Positions 12,461-25,619 of a stretch of 64,000 nt of DNA are shown here, one piece after another. A model generated the notes under the pieces. That model saw only the letters and a list, made by a program, of their open reading frames with translations. It searched no databases and had not been told where the DNA came from. This DNA comes from Octopus sinensis (taxonomy: Eukaryota). Where the stretch lies: the NCBI RefSeq assembly GCF_006345805.1, contig NC_043006.1, positions 89,838,001 to 89,902,000 of the forward strand, read 5' to 3'. The number at the start of each line of letters is the position of its first letter. The first letter of the stretch is position 1. Both the position numbers and the translations under genes were made by a program.

Positions 12461-13567
12461 TATATATATATATATATATATATATAAACAAACTTTGAAA
12501 GTGTCGCATATGGTTGGTATTTTGCAAACAAGCAAGTAAATTTCGAACACAGTATGGCTGTATGGCTGATAGCAGAGAACAATTGAGTATTTACCCTTAG
12601 GGGTAAAATATATATATACATATTTTAAAGGTAATAACCAATGGCAAAGGGAGATAATCACCGATTGTTTACCTTCCTAGCAAGGCTTTTGTTCCTCCAT
12701 ATTTTGAAAAGGTCTTAGGCCAACAGATTTGGGGTCTGATGACAGCCATAAGGCCAAACCTCATATGGACGAAAAATCCACAGTAACCTCATAAACTGGT
12801 CTTCCTATTATAATACACACACACATATATGTATGTATGTATATATGTATATATATATATATATTTTGCTTTGGCCTTGTGACATTAATGAGCTGGTGTA
12901 GAACTCAATATACTTATGCCTCAAAAGGATGTTTTAGTCAAGTGGAAAGCAGTAATAAGGAAATATGGTGACAAAGGAATAAAGATTTCAAGAACTTCAT
13001 TTACTTACCGTCCCTATGTGCCCTACTGGGGTCATGACTAATAGTTGGGAATCCAGCAAAATGTTTGACCAGACATGCACATGCCCTAACACGAGGGACA
13101 TCAACCCAATAAACAGCTTACCTGCTCCCCAATATATTCCCCTCCCCACACACACACATACAGTACCACTACACACATCCTGTACTTTGATGCTGCAAAG
13201 AATTCAACCAAAACATAAGCACACAAACGCTTATGCAGCCTTTGCCCCCCCCCCCCCCGCAATAACCCCCACCTACCAAAAGACATAATAATACCACTGC
13301 ACACACCCCAACTCTACAAGGACACCAACCTTAAAACCGACACATTTCCCATACAGACTTTTTCTAGGTAACTTTTGTTGCCTGGCAACACTTCCACAGA
13401 TGGCGTTTTGGTGCCAAAGGGCAAGTTTTAACATTTGCTTGGTTTGTTTTGTTGTCTTTTTCACAGCAACAACAAACCAGATGTGTCTTTTCATCTTCAA
13501 CTATGGAGAGTAGTTGACATATTTTATTCCATAACTGCCATCTCTAAAGAGCACATGGTTAGGCTGT

Positions 13568-13569
<2 letters not shown>

Positions 13570-13622
<53 letters not shown>
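13570..13622. repeat. (TAA)n microsatellite
   Basis: About 17 perfect TAA units. Confidence 0.98.
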
Positions 13623-13626
<4 letters not shown>

Positions 13627-14016
13627 TGCTTTCTAATTGATGTATCAATACCGGCTGATGACAACGTGTCTCTAAAAGAAATGGAGAAACTCTCAAAATA
13701 CAAAGACCTGGAAATAGAGGTAACTAGAATGTGGAATCTGAAAACAGAAACAATTCCTATCATAGTAGGTGCATTAGGCATGATAAAAAATATTCAGACA
13801 AATACATAACAAAAACACCAGGACTTACAAACATATAACATACAGAAAATTGCACTACTAGGCACTGCACACATCCTACGCAGAACACTTTCCATACAAT
13901 AACCATAAGAGCATCACAACAAATCACAGCACATACCCAAGGCACACAGTCTGTGCTCGGTAGTGAAGTGAAAGCATGCTATAAAAATAAAACTACTGAA
14001 TAATAATAATAATAAT
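13623..14016 (+). mobile_element. R4/Dong-like LINE 3' end (restriction-like endonuclease C-terminus), 5'-truncated
   Basis: Reconstructed translation KCFLIDVSIPADDNVSLKEMEKLSKYKDLEIEVTRMWNLKTETIPIIVGALG...IQKIALLGTAHILRRTL* matches the RLE signature D..P...N...KE.EK..KY.DL. It has two small frameshifts and an (AAT)n tail. Confidence 0.8.
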
Positions 14017-14258
14017 GAAATTATTGTATACAGTGCTCAGGTGCACCACAACTTGTCAAAGGTGAGTATAAAGCATATGCAGTAATGTACAAATGTCTGG
14101 AAAGTGAACAGTGTATGAGTGAGATACATGCTTGTGTGTGTATGGAGGGGAGAAAATCAGGTGTAGTGTTGGCGAATCTCAGGAAGCATGGAAGTTTTGA
14201 AGGATGCAGTGCTCCGACAACTAACAACTGATGCCGGCAGTTTGTTCCATGCTTCAGT
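14017..14258 (-). mobile_element. CR1-like LINE 3' end fragment
   Basis: Minus translation EAWNKLPASVVSCRSTASFKTSM matches the CR1 C-terminal WN.LP..VV...S...FK motif. It is followed by a 3' UTR running into (ATT)n. Confidence 0.7.
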
Positions 14259-15325
14259 TATGTAACATTCAGTTGAACCCCTAGTGTGAAACTAATCAGT
14301 AAGATCAGCCATAATGCATATATAACACTTTGACCCTCAGTATAACCCCCCCCCCTTGACAAATAGGCATGTGCATATTTTTTTCTAACTTATGGATTCT
14401 TAGATACCTCTGCATGTGTGTGTGTGTGTGCATGTTGTGATTGCTCCATCTTCACAGATGACTGCTAGCTCTCTGTGCTTCCTTGTTGTCAATGGCTTAT
14501 ATGACTTTCTGTCCATGGCCTCTCAGATGAATGTTCAGTCCCATTGCAAATCTACACATGGTTTGATGCACAGGTGATAGACAAAAGCTGTAATTTACTG
14601 GTTTTTTTCTATTGCCATCAGACTTTCAGCAGATGGCCTGACAAATGACCATAAAGAGATGTCTGTCTATCATTGGGCTATAGTGATTAAGCACAAGCAC
14701 CATTCTCTGGGTCCTTGTGACAAGCTGAAGTGAGATGACCAGATGACCAGTAATCATGTGAAACTGCAGGTTTTACATCAATGTTCCTCCACTAGAAAGA
14801 TATTGTGACAACAACTCTGGGTCCTCACTGCCAGTGGTTTTACTGCATGCCCAGACACCAGCCAAGGGTATTTCTGTGTCCCCCTCTCAGATGCATTGTC
14901 ATCACATATGCTAGACAACTCATAGCTGACAGGAGCTACTACTCAGGTATGGGTGTATATTTAATTTGGTTTGTATTTCATAATCTCCGAAGAGGCCTTG
15001 GGATATTTTTATAAATGTCTCATTTATAACTACATATTGGCCTATCCCACATGGATAATATAAGTAAAATGAGACACCCATATCTGCATGGCCGAAACAG
15101 CTGTAAGATGTAGAATATATTTATATTCTCTTATACATATTGTACTTATTGTATCATATTACTCCTTCATGTACACTGTTTTGTTCTATATTATTATGTT
15201 TAACCTTAATGTTCATATGTAGTGGTTTAATAAAGTATGTGATTGGGTATTATCTGGTAGTTGTTTATTGATTTGGATGTATTTCTCCATTTTCTTACTT
15301 TGTATATATATATATATATATATAT

Positions 15326-15397
15326 AAATTACTTATAAATTTTTATTTCATGCTGACTACCTGATATAATCATCAGTGTGATTTTATCCTTGTATTC

Positions 15398-15431
<34 letters not shown>

Positions 15432-16578
15432 AAAGAAATGGTAAAACAATAAAAGAATGAAAGAGACCTCGATATTATGTAAATATGGGAATGTATCTGT
15501 AAATGTAATATGTGACAATTATTCGGTAGCCATGAGAGGTACATGATTTCAACATGAAATTCTGTTATGATGGAATTAACAGTCAATAAAAATATGTAAT
15601 GAATTTTTCCTGATCAGATTACCAAAGCAAACTGACCTGGCAGTTTTATTATTGCAGTCCACCCACCTGAAATTATCTGTTGGTACCATTATCAGTTAGT
15701 ACTATTATCAGAGGTCTAATATGCTTCTGTTTGAGAACAGGTACAATGAAATATTTCTTAGTACCAACATCGTTTGCTATTTATTGTAAACCCTATGGTT
15801 CTATATGTTCTTACAGATGGAAACAGGGAATTCTCTTGTGATTCTTCATAATTTGTATTTATTTTTTTGAATTCTATTATTCTGCAATAATAACATTAAT
15901 TTCTTTTATAAAAAATTATATTACATTTTAAAGTTTTTTATTTATATTGTTTCTGAGATGATATTAATTTTTGAAAGAAATGAGACAGTCACAGTTGGAA
16001 GGCTTTCATTCTTATTAAAGCAAAAAAACAAAAAAAAAAAAAAGGTTTGAATCCACACAAAAAATACAGGATGGTTATATTTGAAAAAAAAAAAAAATGA
16101 AATGGAAAGAACAAAATTCTGATTTAATAAAGGAGATGGGAATATCACTGTTGGAAGACTTTTGTTCTTACTAACATTTAATAAATTGAGAAATAAACTC
16201 AGGTTCCTTGGTGAACTGAGCATTGAAATTTCTTTAATATTAGGGAATAAGCAAGAACAAAGGACATTCAGATTACTTGGTGTTAGGCTTTGTTGTTTTG
16301 TTTGTTTTTGAAATTTCTGTTTCAAACCATGATGTGAACAAATAACGGCATAGACTATTTTGCATTTAGTGCACTCTTCGCAAACGGATGCATGTCAACA
16401 CAGTATCTCATATATTACATGCATGCATGTGCGTATACACTCACACACACTTTATACAGATATACATGCATATATATATATATATTATATATATATATAT
16501 ATATATAAATTACTTATAAATTTTTATTTCATGCTGACTACCTGATATAATCATCAGTGTGATTTTATCCTTGTATTC

Positions 16579-16614
<36 letters not shown>

Positions 16615-17649
16615 AAAGAAATGGTAAAACAATAAAAGAATGAAAGAGACCTCGATATTATGTAAATATGGGAATGTATCTGTAAATGTAATATGTGACA
16701 ATTATTCGGTAGCCATGAGAGGTACATGATTTCAACATGAAATTCTGTTATGATGGAATTAACAGTCAATAAAAATATGTAATGAATTTTTCCTGATCAG
16801 ATTACCAAAGCAAACTGACCTGGCAGTTTTATTATTGCAGTCCACCCACCTGAAATTATCTGTTGGTACCATTATCAGTTAGTACTATTATCAGAGGTCT
16901 AATATGCTTCTGTTTGAGAACAGGTACAATGAAATATTTCTTAGTACCAACATCGTTTGCTATTTATTGTAAACCCTATGGTTCTATATGTTCTTACAGA
17001 TGGAAACAGGGAATTCTCTTGTGATTCTTCATAATTTGTATTTATTTTTTTGAATTCTATTATTCTGCAATAATAACATTAATTTCTTTTATAAAAAATT
17101 ATATTACATTTTAAAGTTTTTTATTTATATTGTTTCTGAGATGATATTAATTTTTGAAAGAAATGAGACAGTCACAGTTGGAAGGCTTTCATTCTTATTA
17201 AAGCAAAAAAACAAAAAAAAAAAAAAGGTTTGAATCCACACAAAAAATACAGGATGGTTATATTTGAAAAAAAAAAAAAATGAAATGGAAAGAACAAAAT
17301 TCTGATTTAATAAAGGAGATGGGAATATCACTGTTGGAAGACTTTTGTTCTTACTAACATTTAATAAATTGAGAAATAAACTCAGGTTCCTTGGTGAACT
17401 GAGCATTGAAATTTCTTTAATATTAGGGAATAAGCAAGAACAAAGGACATTCAGATTACTTGGTGTTAGGCTTTGTTGTTTTGTTTGTTTTTGAAATTTC
17501 TGTTTCAAACCATGATGTGAACAAATAACGGCATAGACTATTTTGCATTTAGTGCACTCTTCGCAAACGGATGCATGTCAACACAGTATCTCATATATTA
17601 CATGCATGCATGTGCGTATACACTCACACACACTTTATACAGATATACA

Positions 17650-17710
<61 letters not shown>
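15326..17710. repeat. Near-identical tandem duplication of about 1.18 kb bounded by (TA)n
   Basis: 15326-16506 and 16507-17650; identical 127-aa ORFs at an offset of 1183. The visible differences are in TA tract lengths. Confidence 0.92.
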
Positions 17711-17714
<4 letters not shown>

Positions 17715-17999
17715 GGTGTATTCCATTAGGAACACAGTAGAGTACAAAATAGAGCTCGTTCACCCTTAGAATTAGCAAACAGCCAGTAGTCTTACATTAT
17801 GCTTCCAAGTTCAGGTTTAGGTATTCATTGAGTGTGAAAGTAAATTGAAAAAAATAGTCAACAAGAAGGAGTATGGTTAGACAGTTTTTTAACAAACACT
17901 ACACACCCGAGGAGATACAAATGAATCCCATTATACAGGTAAACCGTAGCTTAATTTAAATCCTGTGTATATGTGAATCTATGTTGTATCGAAAAAGGC

Positions 18000-19330
18000 C
18001 TTAGAGTCAACCTAGCAAAGACCTAAGTCTAAGTAGTAAGGCTGACAAATCACAAATCCCATCAGGTAGATGGCCCTGCTCGATCTGTAGAAAAGGTGTA
18101 GGGTGAAACTCCATAAGATGCACCCAGTGTAAGCTATGGACACATAAGAGGTGCAGCAATATCAAAGGAAGGCTAACTAGGAAAATAGTTTCTGTGTGTG
18201 GCAGATGCTCAGGAGCAATAAACACTGAAAATGTGCAGAGAACAGCTTCCGTCACATTCCAGGGGGAAAGGCTATAAGTAGTTGATAGCTTCCATTACCT
18301 AGGTGACCAAGTCAGTAGCAGGGGTACATGCTCTGAAAGTGGTGCTACTAGAATATGAATAGCCTGGGCAAATTTCAGAGAGCTCCTACCTCTGCTGGTG
18401 ACAAAAGGCCACTTGCTCAGAGTAAAAGGTAGACTGTATGATGCATGTGTGCAAACAGCCATGCTATGTGGCAGTGAAACATGGGCTGTGACTGCTGAGG
18501 ACATGTGTAAGCTTGCGAGGAATGAAGCCAGTATGCTCTGATGGATATGTAATGTTAGTGTGCATACTCGACAGAGTGTAAGCACCCTGAGAGAAAAGTT
18601 GGACATAAGAAACATCAGATGTGGTGTGCAAGAGAGACGACTGCACTGGTATGGTCATGTGGCGAGAATGGATGAGGACAGCTGTGTGAAAAAGTGTCAC
18701 ACCCTAGTGGTTGAGGGAACCTGTCGAAGAGGTAGACCCAAGAAGACCTGGGATGAGGTGGTGAAGCATGACCTTCAAACATTGGGCCTCTCCGAGACAA
18801 TGACAAGTGACCAAGATCTTTGGAAATATGCTGTGCTTGAGAAGCCCTGGCAAGCCAAGTGAGACTGTAACTGTGGCCTATGCCAGTGCTGCATAACTGG
18901 CCAATTTAAGAGTACCATTCAAACATTGGGCAATAGTGTCTGCTTGCGAAGACCTGTTAAGGCAAGAGAAATCATTGTCATGGCCGATGACAGTACTGCC
19001 TGACTGGCACCTGTGCCAGTGGAATGTTAAAAGCACCATTCGAGCATGATTGTTGACAGTGTTGCCTAACTGGCTCCTGTGCAGGTGGCACAAAAAAAGC
19101 ACCGTTTAAGTGTGGTTGATGTCAGTACAGCCTGACTGGCTCTTGTACCGGTGGCATGTTAAAGCACCTACTGCACTCTTGGAGTGGTTGGATTTAGGAA
19201 GGGCATCAAGCTGTAGAAACTTTGCCAGATCAGATTGGAGCCTGATGCAGTCTACTGGCTCACCAGCCCTCAGTCAAACCGTCCAACCCATGGCAGCATG
19301 GAAAGCAAACGTTAAATGACTATGATGATG
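18000..19330 (+). mobile_element. RTE-clade LINE, 5'-truncated and decayed, with a PHD-type insertion
   Basis: Translation includes WPCSICRK...CTQCKLWTHKRC...CGRC, FHYLGD, LCGSETW, RRLHWYGHVARM and GRPKKTW. The 3' UTR has GTGCC..GGCAC hairpin repeats and a (GAT)n tail. Confidence 0.9.
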
Positions 19331-19681
19331 ATATATATATATATATGTAGGTGTATATATATATATAAATACATTCATATATATGCTCACGCATACACAC
19401 ATGAATAGTAGAGACTCTAAGTCAAAAACCAAAGAACATTTAACTATGAATATAATAAGAGTGAATTATTTAGTTTAATTCTGGTGGCCATGAGTGAGTT
19501 TTGTGTGAAAGTAGTATTGCCCCACACGGCCAAAGAAATGGCTGCTGTGGAAGTCATAAAAAGTGTTTATTCAGAGTGTGGAACACAAACTTCACATGAA
19601 AATTCAAATCATGGCCATTGATATGATTGACATTAAGCTCTGTGTGTGTGTAGATGTGTGTATGTGCGCACGTGTGTGTGT

Positions 19682-19713
<32 letters not shown>

Positions 19714-20842
19714 CTGTGTGTCTGTGTCTGTGTATAGTGTATGTGTGTGTGCGTATATGTTTGATGGAGGCTTTTGAGACAGTTTTTCTGGCTGGATGTC
19801 CTTCCTGATGCCAAAATTTTTCACTGTCATCAACAAAATGGAGCTATGTTGGGTACCTATTCCCAAAACAGGGATATGTATTCATAAAATCCAATGTGTG
19901 ACATGAAGACAGAAATAATTAATATTATTGAAATTTTCATGTATATTCTCTAATATTTGGAGAACATTTCCAAACAATTTACAGACAATGCCTTTATGCA
20001 AAAACTAACCAAATGCCAAATCCACATCAAAAGATTCTTAAGTCAAACATAAATTAATGACATTTCATTAAATATATTTAATTGAAGCAATTAACTCTAA
20101 TGTTTGTGTTTGTTTAAAATATAACAAAAGTAATTATTTAAAGAGAGATAATATTGATGTGGCTGGCAGTGTACTTCAAATGGTGCATCCCTTCACACGT
20201 TGCTGTAATTCCATGACTAAATTTGCTTCCTAACATGGTTTCAGGTTCAGTCCCACATCAAGACCCCTTGGACAAGTATCTTCTACTATAGTTTTAGACT
20301 GCCGAAGCCTTGCCAGTGGATTTGGTAGATAGAAACTGACAGAAGCCTGTCATGTATGTATATTTCCTGTCATTGTGAAATCATGTCATCATGAAGAAAT
20401 ACTGCCTTGCCTGGAAACAGGTAAGGGTTGGGGAGAAAAAAGGGGCTCAGAAAATCTACTTTAATAACGAATTCCGTGTAACCCATGTAAGCATGGAAAA
20501 GGGGACATTTAAAATAATAATGAGGAGGAGGAGAAGGAAGAGAATTATGGAAGTGGGACTACTATTTAATACATAATTTAGTAAGAAGACAGAGGCTGTG
20601 CCTTCTTATGGTGAGATTTGCCAGAATGAATTACAAGGACAAGTTTGTGCTTCTTGTGAAGATTCTCTATCATGTTATTTACTTGGGTTAAATTTATGCA
20701 TTATGTTATTTTAAAAGGTTCCTTTTTCAAGGTAAGAACCTTGTTGAATATCAGTAAATTATCAACTAAATAAAGTTGTAACTGACCTATGGTAATCCTT
20801 GTGTGTGTGTATGTGTGTGTGTGTTGTGTGTGTGTATATATA

Positions 20843-22134
20843 CAGGATGTGATGGGGAAATTGTCGCCATTTTAATTTTGTGCATTGTTTGTTTTTGATT
20901 TTGTCAACTACACAGTACAGTAGGGTCAGTTGGCACCACCTGTAAGAAACGTAGCACCATGATGCAATTCACTCTGCCAGAAATTTGAAAACGACATGCT
21001 ATACTGCTTGGCATTCATACTGGAAGCTCCAATACGAACATTTCAGAGTGTTTGGATATCAATCTGTGGACAGTGCAGAGGAATTTGAAAGAGTTGGATG
21101 AGTCTAATGGTGATTAACAAAGGTAGGGAAGCTTGGAAAACTCACTCTGATCATTCTGAAAAAAAAAGAACTCCTGAAATTGTTGGTGAGATCCAGGCCA
21201 TGATTGACAATGATCTGTCCAAGTCAATCAGGTCCATCACCAGGGACATGGGAGTGTCTGAGTTTCTTATCAGGCAAGTAGTGCATGAAGACATTTGGTA
21301 TTCCTCATACAAGATGAGAAAGGACCAATTTTTATCCCAAGCCATCGAGAACAATAGGAAAGACCAAGCTATGAAGCTTTTCAACCAATTCAAGCATCCC
21401 CTCCGGAACCAAACATGCTTTGGTTTTTCTCAGACAAGAAAAATTTCTGCCAGAATCAGATAGCTAACATGCAGAACAACCGTTGGCTTGCTGTGTCCCC
21501 AAAACATATACCAAGAGTGATAAAAATCAAACATCCAGTCAACATCATGGTGTTTGGTGTGATGACTAGTGATGGTGATGTTATGCCTCCATTCATTTTC
21601 CCACATGGCCTGAAACTCAACATAGAGGCCTACATTAAGTGCCTGGAGGAGGTAGTGCTGCCCTGGGTCAAGAGGGAGACTGCTGGAAGACCCTATGTCT
21701 GGCAACAGGACTCTGCACCATGCCACACAAGCAGGAGAACCCAGTCATGGCTGTCAGATAAGTTCTGTGACCACATCACCCCTAACATCTGGTCACCTAA
21801 CTCCCCAGATTGCAACCCCCGTGATTATTATGTGTGGGGTGCAGTTGAGCGAGAGACCAACAAAACTCCTTGTAACACCAAAGATGAACTGGAGGCAGGG
21901 ATTATGGCAGCATTCACCAACTTAAACAAGGAGACCGTCCACAAGAGTTGCATGAGATTCCAAAGCCATCCAGAGACTGTGGTTGAAGCCAATGGCAATT
22001 TTATTGACTAAATTTACTCATTAGTACTTCAAGATATTTTTATGTGATTTTGGTAAATATATCTGTTAAAATGAGAAGTCAGTGTTATTTTCCTTTTTGC
22101 TTTATTTAGACGTCAATTTATTCACTGCACCCCA
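20843..22134 (+). mobile_element. Tc1/mariner superfamily, DD37D (maT/Bmmar1-like) transposon, near full length
   Basis: About 1.3 kb with imperfect TIRs (CAGGATGTGATGGGGAAATTGTCGCC versus the reverse complement of GACGTCAATTTATTCACTGCACCCCA). A TA lies at the left end. Confidence 0.88.
20959..22011 (+). pseudogene. DD37D transposase pseudogene
   Basis: HTH region followed by WFFSD, QQDSAPCH and WSPNSPDCNPRDYYVW; 37 residues lie between the second and third Asp. Stops near the N-terminus and a frameshift near 21415. Confidence 0.9.
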
Positions 22135-22169
22135 TGTGTGTATGTGTGTGTGTGTGTGTATATATATAT

Positions 22170-22262
22170 CTGGAGCCTGGTGCAGCCTTCTGGCTTCTCA
22201 GACCCCAGTCAAACCGTCCAACCCATGCTAGCATGGAAAACGGACGTTAAATGATGATGATG
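22170..22262 (+). mobile_element. RTE family 3' tail fragment
   Basis: CAGTCAAACCGTCCAACCCATGCTAGCATGGAAAACGGACGTTAAATGATGATGA. Confidence 0.75.
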
Positions 22263-22487
22263 ATAGATACACATATATTGTCATCATCATCATTTTTGCA
22301 TACACATATATATATATACACATATCAAGCCTGTCACATGGAATATTGGTGCTTGTCTCCATCTTGGATGTTTTCATCCAAGAGAGATTTCTCTCTTAAC
22401 ATGAAACCTATGATACGTTAACCCATAGATAAAGAATTGTTATCCACCAATGCAGTGTTGAGCACTCTTTCTCATCATTTGATATTA

Positions 22488-22519
<32 letters not shown>

Positions 22520-22522
22520 GGT

Positions 22523-22562
<40 letters not shown>

Positions 22563-22567
<5 letters not shown>

Positions 22568-22597
22568 TAGATAGATATATAGATAGATAGATAGAAT

Positions 22598-22679
<82 letters not shown>

Positions 22680-22680
22680 C
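22563..22680. repeat. (GATA)n microsatellite adjoining (TA)n
   Basis: Direct inspection. Confidence 0.97.
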
Positions 22681-25337
22681 ACATACACAGAAAGGGGGAA
22701 ACAAGAGAGAGAGTGTGAAAATCAAAATGGGACTTACGAATGATTAATGGCAAAGAAATATAATTAAACAAAGAACACCTCTCATTAGCCATGGGGAATA
22801 AAATCAATATAGTTTTTCAATGCATTTAAAGTGTGAACACTTTAATCCCATGATGTTACTCATCTGACTGTGGCAACGATTGTGAATATCACTGAGGAGA
22901 TGGTTATTAGAAAATAAAAGCCTTAGAAACACTGAGAACAACAGACATGCAAATGAGAGAGTGGGGTAGAGAGTTGGGGAGAGACACAGCGAAAACTGTG
23001 CCAGTGCTTTAATCAACACATTAGCACAATAACTGATGTATACTCAGTCCAAAATATTACATGTATATATCTGTGTGTGTGCATAAAACTTATTAGGTAA
23101 AATTTTCTCTTTGGGGCCTAGCTTTCTAACCTAATCATTTATTTTTTGGAAAACTGAACAACTTTTGAAGAAATTGATCTGGCACACCTGTCTTTTGCTC
23201 AGTGTTTCAACAGCTTATCACATCAGACAAGTTGTAAATCTGTCACTGATGGTGAGAAAAGAAAGTTTAAAATTAAAATTAAAATCCCCCACAGACAATG
23301 GCTGCACAGTTCTGTCTCATAACTCACCACTGTCTGCTTATCATAACAAAATCAGAACAATGGTGTAATATACAGACAAGGTAAACATAGACAAAAAAGA
23401 AAAGAAAAATGATAATAAAAATAGAAAGAGAGAGGGGAGAGAGAGAAGGAGAGGGAAGGAAGTTGAAAGAGACAATAGCAAATGTATTACTTAGCAAGAA
23501 TGATTTGAGAATGATGCACCGAAAATGAACTTAAAAGTGATTATGTTGTTACATTGGACAATAGCATTTCATGACCTTTGAAATGGAATATCAAATATGG
23601 GAATATTAGTACTTAATGCACATTGGTTTTTCTGCTTTTCTCTTCCCCTTACCCCTGTTTTCATCTATAAATGTTTTGAATTTCATTTCCTGTAATACTT
23701 ACAAAACTTTAAAACAAAACAAAAAAAAAACAGAGAAAGATCAAAATTCTGTAAAACAATCACAACAGTTTAAAAGAAAGTGAGTGGCAGGAGGAGGAAG
23801 TGAATCATTACATGAAATCACCCCCCCCCTCCCGATACTAGTCAGCAACCCATCAGAAGAGAGCAACAGTTAGCAATGAACATTACAACAAGAACAACAA
23901 TAATAATTAATAACTAAATAAATCTGAAGTAATCTTGTCTAAATAAACTAAACCTGCATCAAAGAGGTTAATAACGAGAGTTCTTCGATGTCAAAGAAGA
24001 AATTTATGGAAACATTTTCCTACAATAAATAGTTTGACATTAAAACTATAAATCAATAATGTTTTTCTTCATGTAAAGATTTTTCACTATTCAAAAAAAT
24101 TTTTGAAAAATTAATTAATTATCATAAAATATAAATTATTGACCAAATTTATATCCATCCATCCATCTCTCTCTCTCTCTATATATATATACATACACAC
24201 ACACACATACTGTATGTGTATATATACATACATAGATATATATATAAATATATATGTATATATTTGGAAGCCTCTTATATTTATATATATATATATATAT
24301 CTTATCTCTTATGATAAAAGGCAGATTTTCTCTGCCTGTTCCCATGTTTCTTTTTAATATAATTCTACAATATAGAATTTCTTCAATTGGAATTTACCTA
24401 TGATTTTTCCAAGTAGATTCGATTGGGTCATGGCATGTAAAGTTTTTTTCAATTTGACCCCCAATTAAGCAAAAATTCGAGAAAACTCAATATTTTACGA
24501 TTTGCCTTTCTCATTTCAAGTGCTTCACTCCTTCCATTACCACCACACTTTCTCCTACTTTCTCTTTGCAAGTGTGAAACTGTTAAAGTGAAAGTATTAT
24601 ATAACAGGGATGAGCCATTAATAGTGGTCGTCCTTTTTGCTAGAGGAAGACCCGCTAATGTCTTATATGCTACACCACTGGTTTTCAATTCATATTAATC
24701 AAATTAATATTCAATTTTTAACCCTTATTATGTGTGTGTGTGTGTGTGTATTAGCAGTTCGTATAAAATTGCATCAATGACTTGAACTTGAATAAGTGGG
24801 TTCACATAAATGGGGATAAATTAAAACGGTTTGTTGTTATTATTATTACTGTTTGACTATTGTAATCACGTTTGTTGGTTGCTCGTCAGGGAAACGTTGT
24901 TGTGTTGCATTTGTTAAATAATTGTAAACCGTTACCCTCCCCCTTTCGGAGAAGGGGCTTTGGTTATTGTTTCAAAATTGAATTGTGTCCCTGTTTGGGA
25001 AAATTGACAATATTTTCACCGTCTTTACGGAAGCATTTTTGTTAAAATGCCTTCGATAGAAGAAAGTCCAAAACTGAATTTTGCTGCAGCCGTACACTTC
25101 TATACAAGAGGGAGGACAAGATCCAATTGATCGAAATTGCAAGAGATGGGCCTACAATTCCAGTCTGTTATATATTTTGAGTATTGCTATCACTAGCGAT
25201 ATCAAGATATAACTTTGTATTTTGTATTTTATGTGTAGATGTATATATATAGATGTACATGTAATATGTACACATATATACATGCATAATATATCTACCC
25301 ATACACACATATGCACACACACATGCACACACATACA

Positions 25338-25470
25338 TAGGGGCAGGTGTGGCTGTGTGGTAACAAACTACGTTCCAAACACATGGTCCTGGGTTCAGTC
25401 CCACTGTGTGGTGACTTGGCATGTGTCTTCTGCTGTAGCTTCAGACCAACAAAAGCCTTCTCAGTAGATT
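25338..25470 (+). mobile_element. tRNA-SINE head nested in the Helitron
   Basis: GGGGCAGGTGTGGCTGTGTGGTAAC...GGTCCTGGGTTCAGTCCCACTG with A/B-box-like motifs. Confidence 0.7.
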
Positions 25471-25619
25471 TTGTACATATATACAGGCATACTTACATAT
25501 ATATACATGCATATGTACATATTCGGCATAAACACTCTACCACTACAACTAATAACTGTTGGGAACACTTTCAAACCTGCCTTACATTCAAACCGGAATC
25601 TCAAAAACATTGTCCCCTT

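Noticed and set aside
13008-13200. Minus-strand GTAAGT/GTAAGC donors with open upstream segments
   Set aside because: Several frames are open, one segment includes microsatellite, and there is no recognisable protein.
14260-15010. LTR retrotransposon remnant (polypurine tract-like G run at 14345-14357)
   Set aside because: No second LTR and no convincing integrase or RT motifs.
15942-16325. 127-aa minus ORF, duplicated at 17125-17508
   Set aside because: It has no ATG start, it runs through poly-A/T tracts, and the identity of the copies reflects the DNA duplication only.
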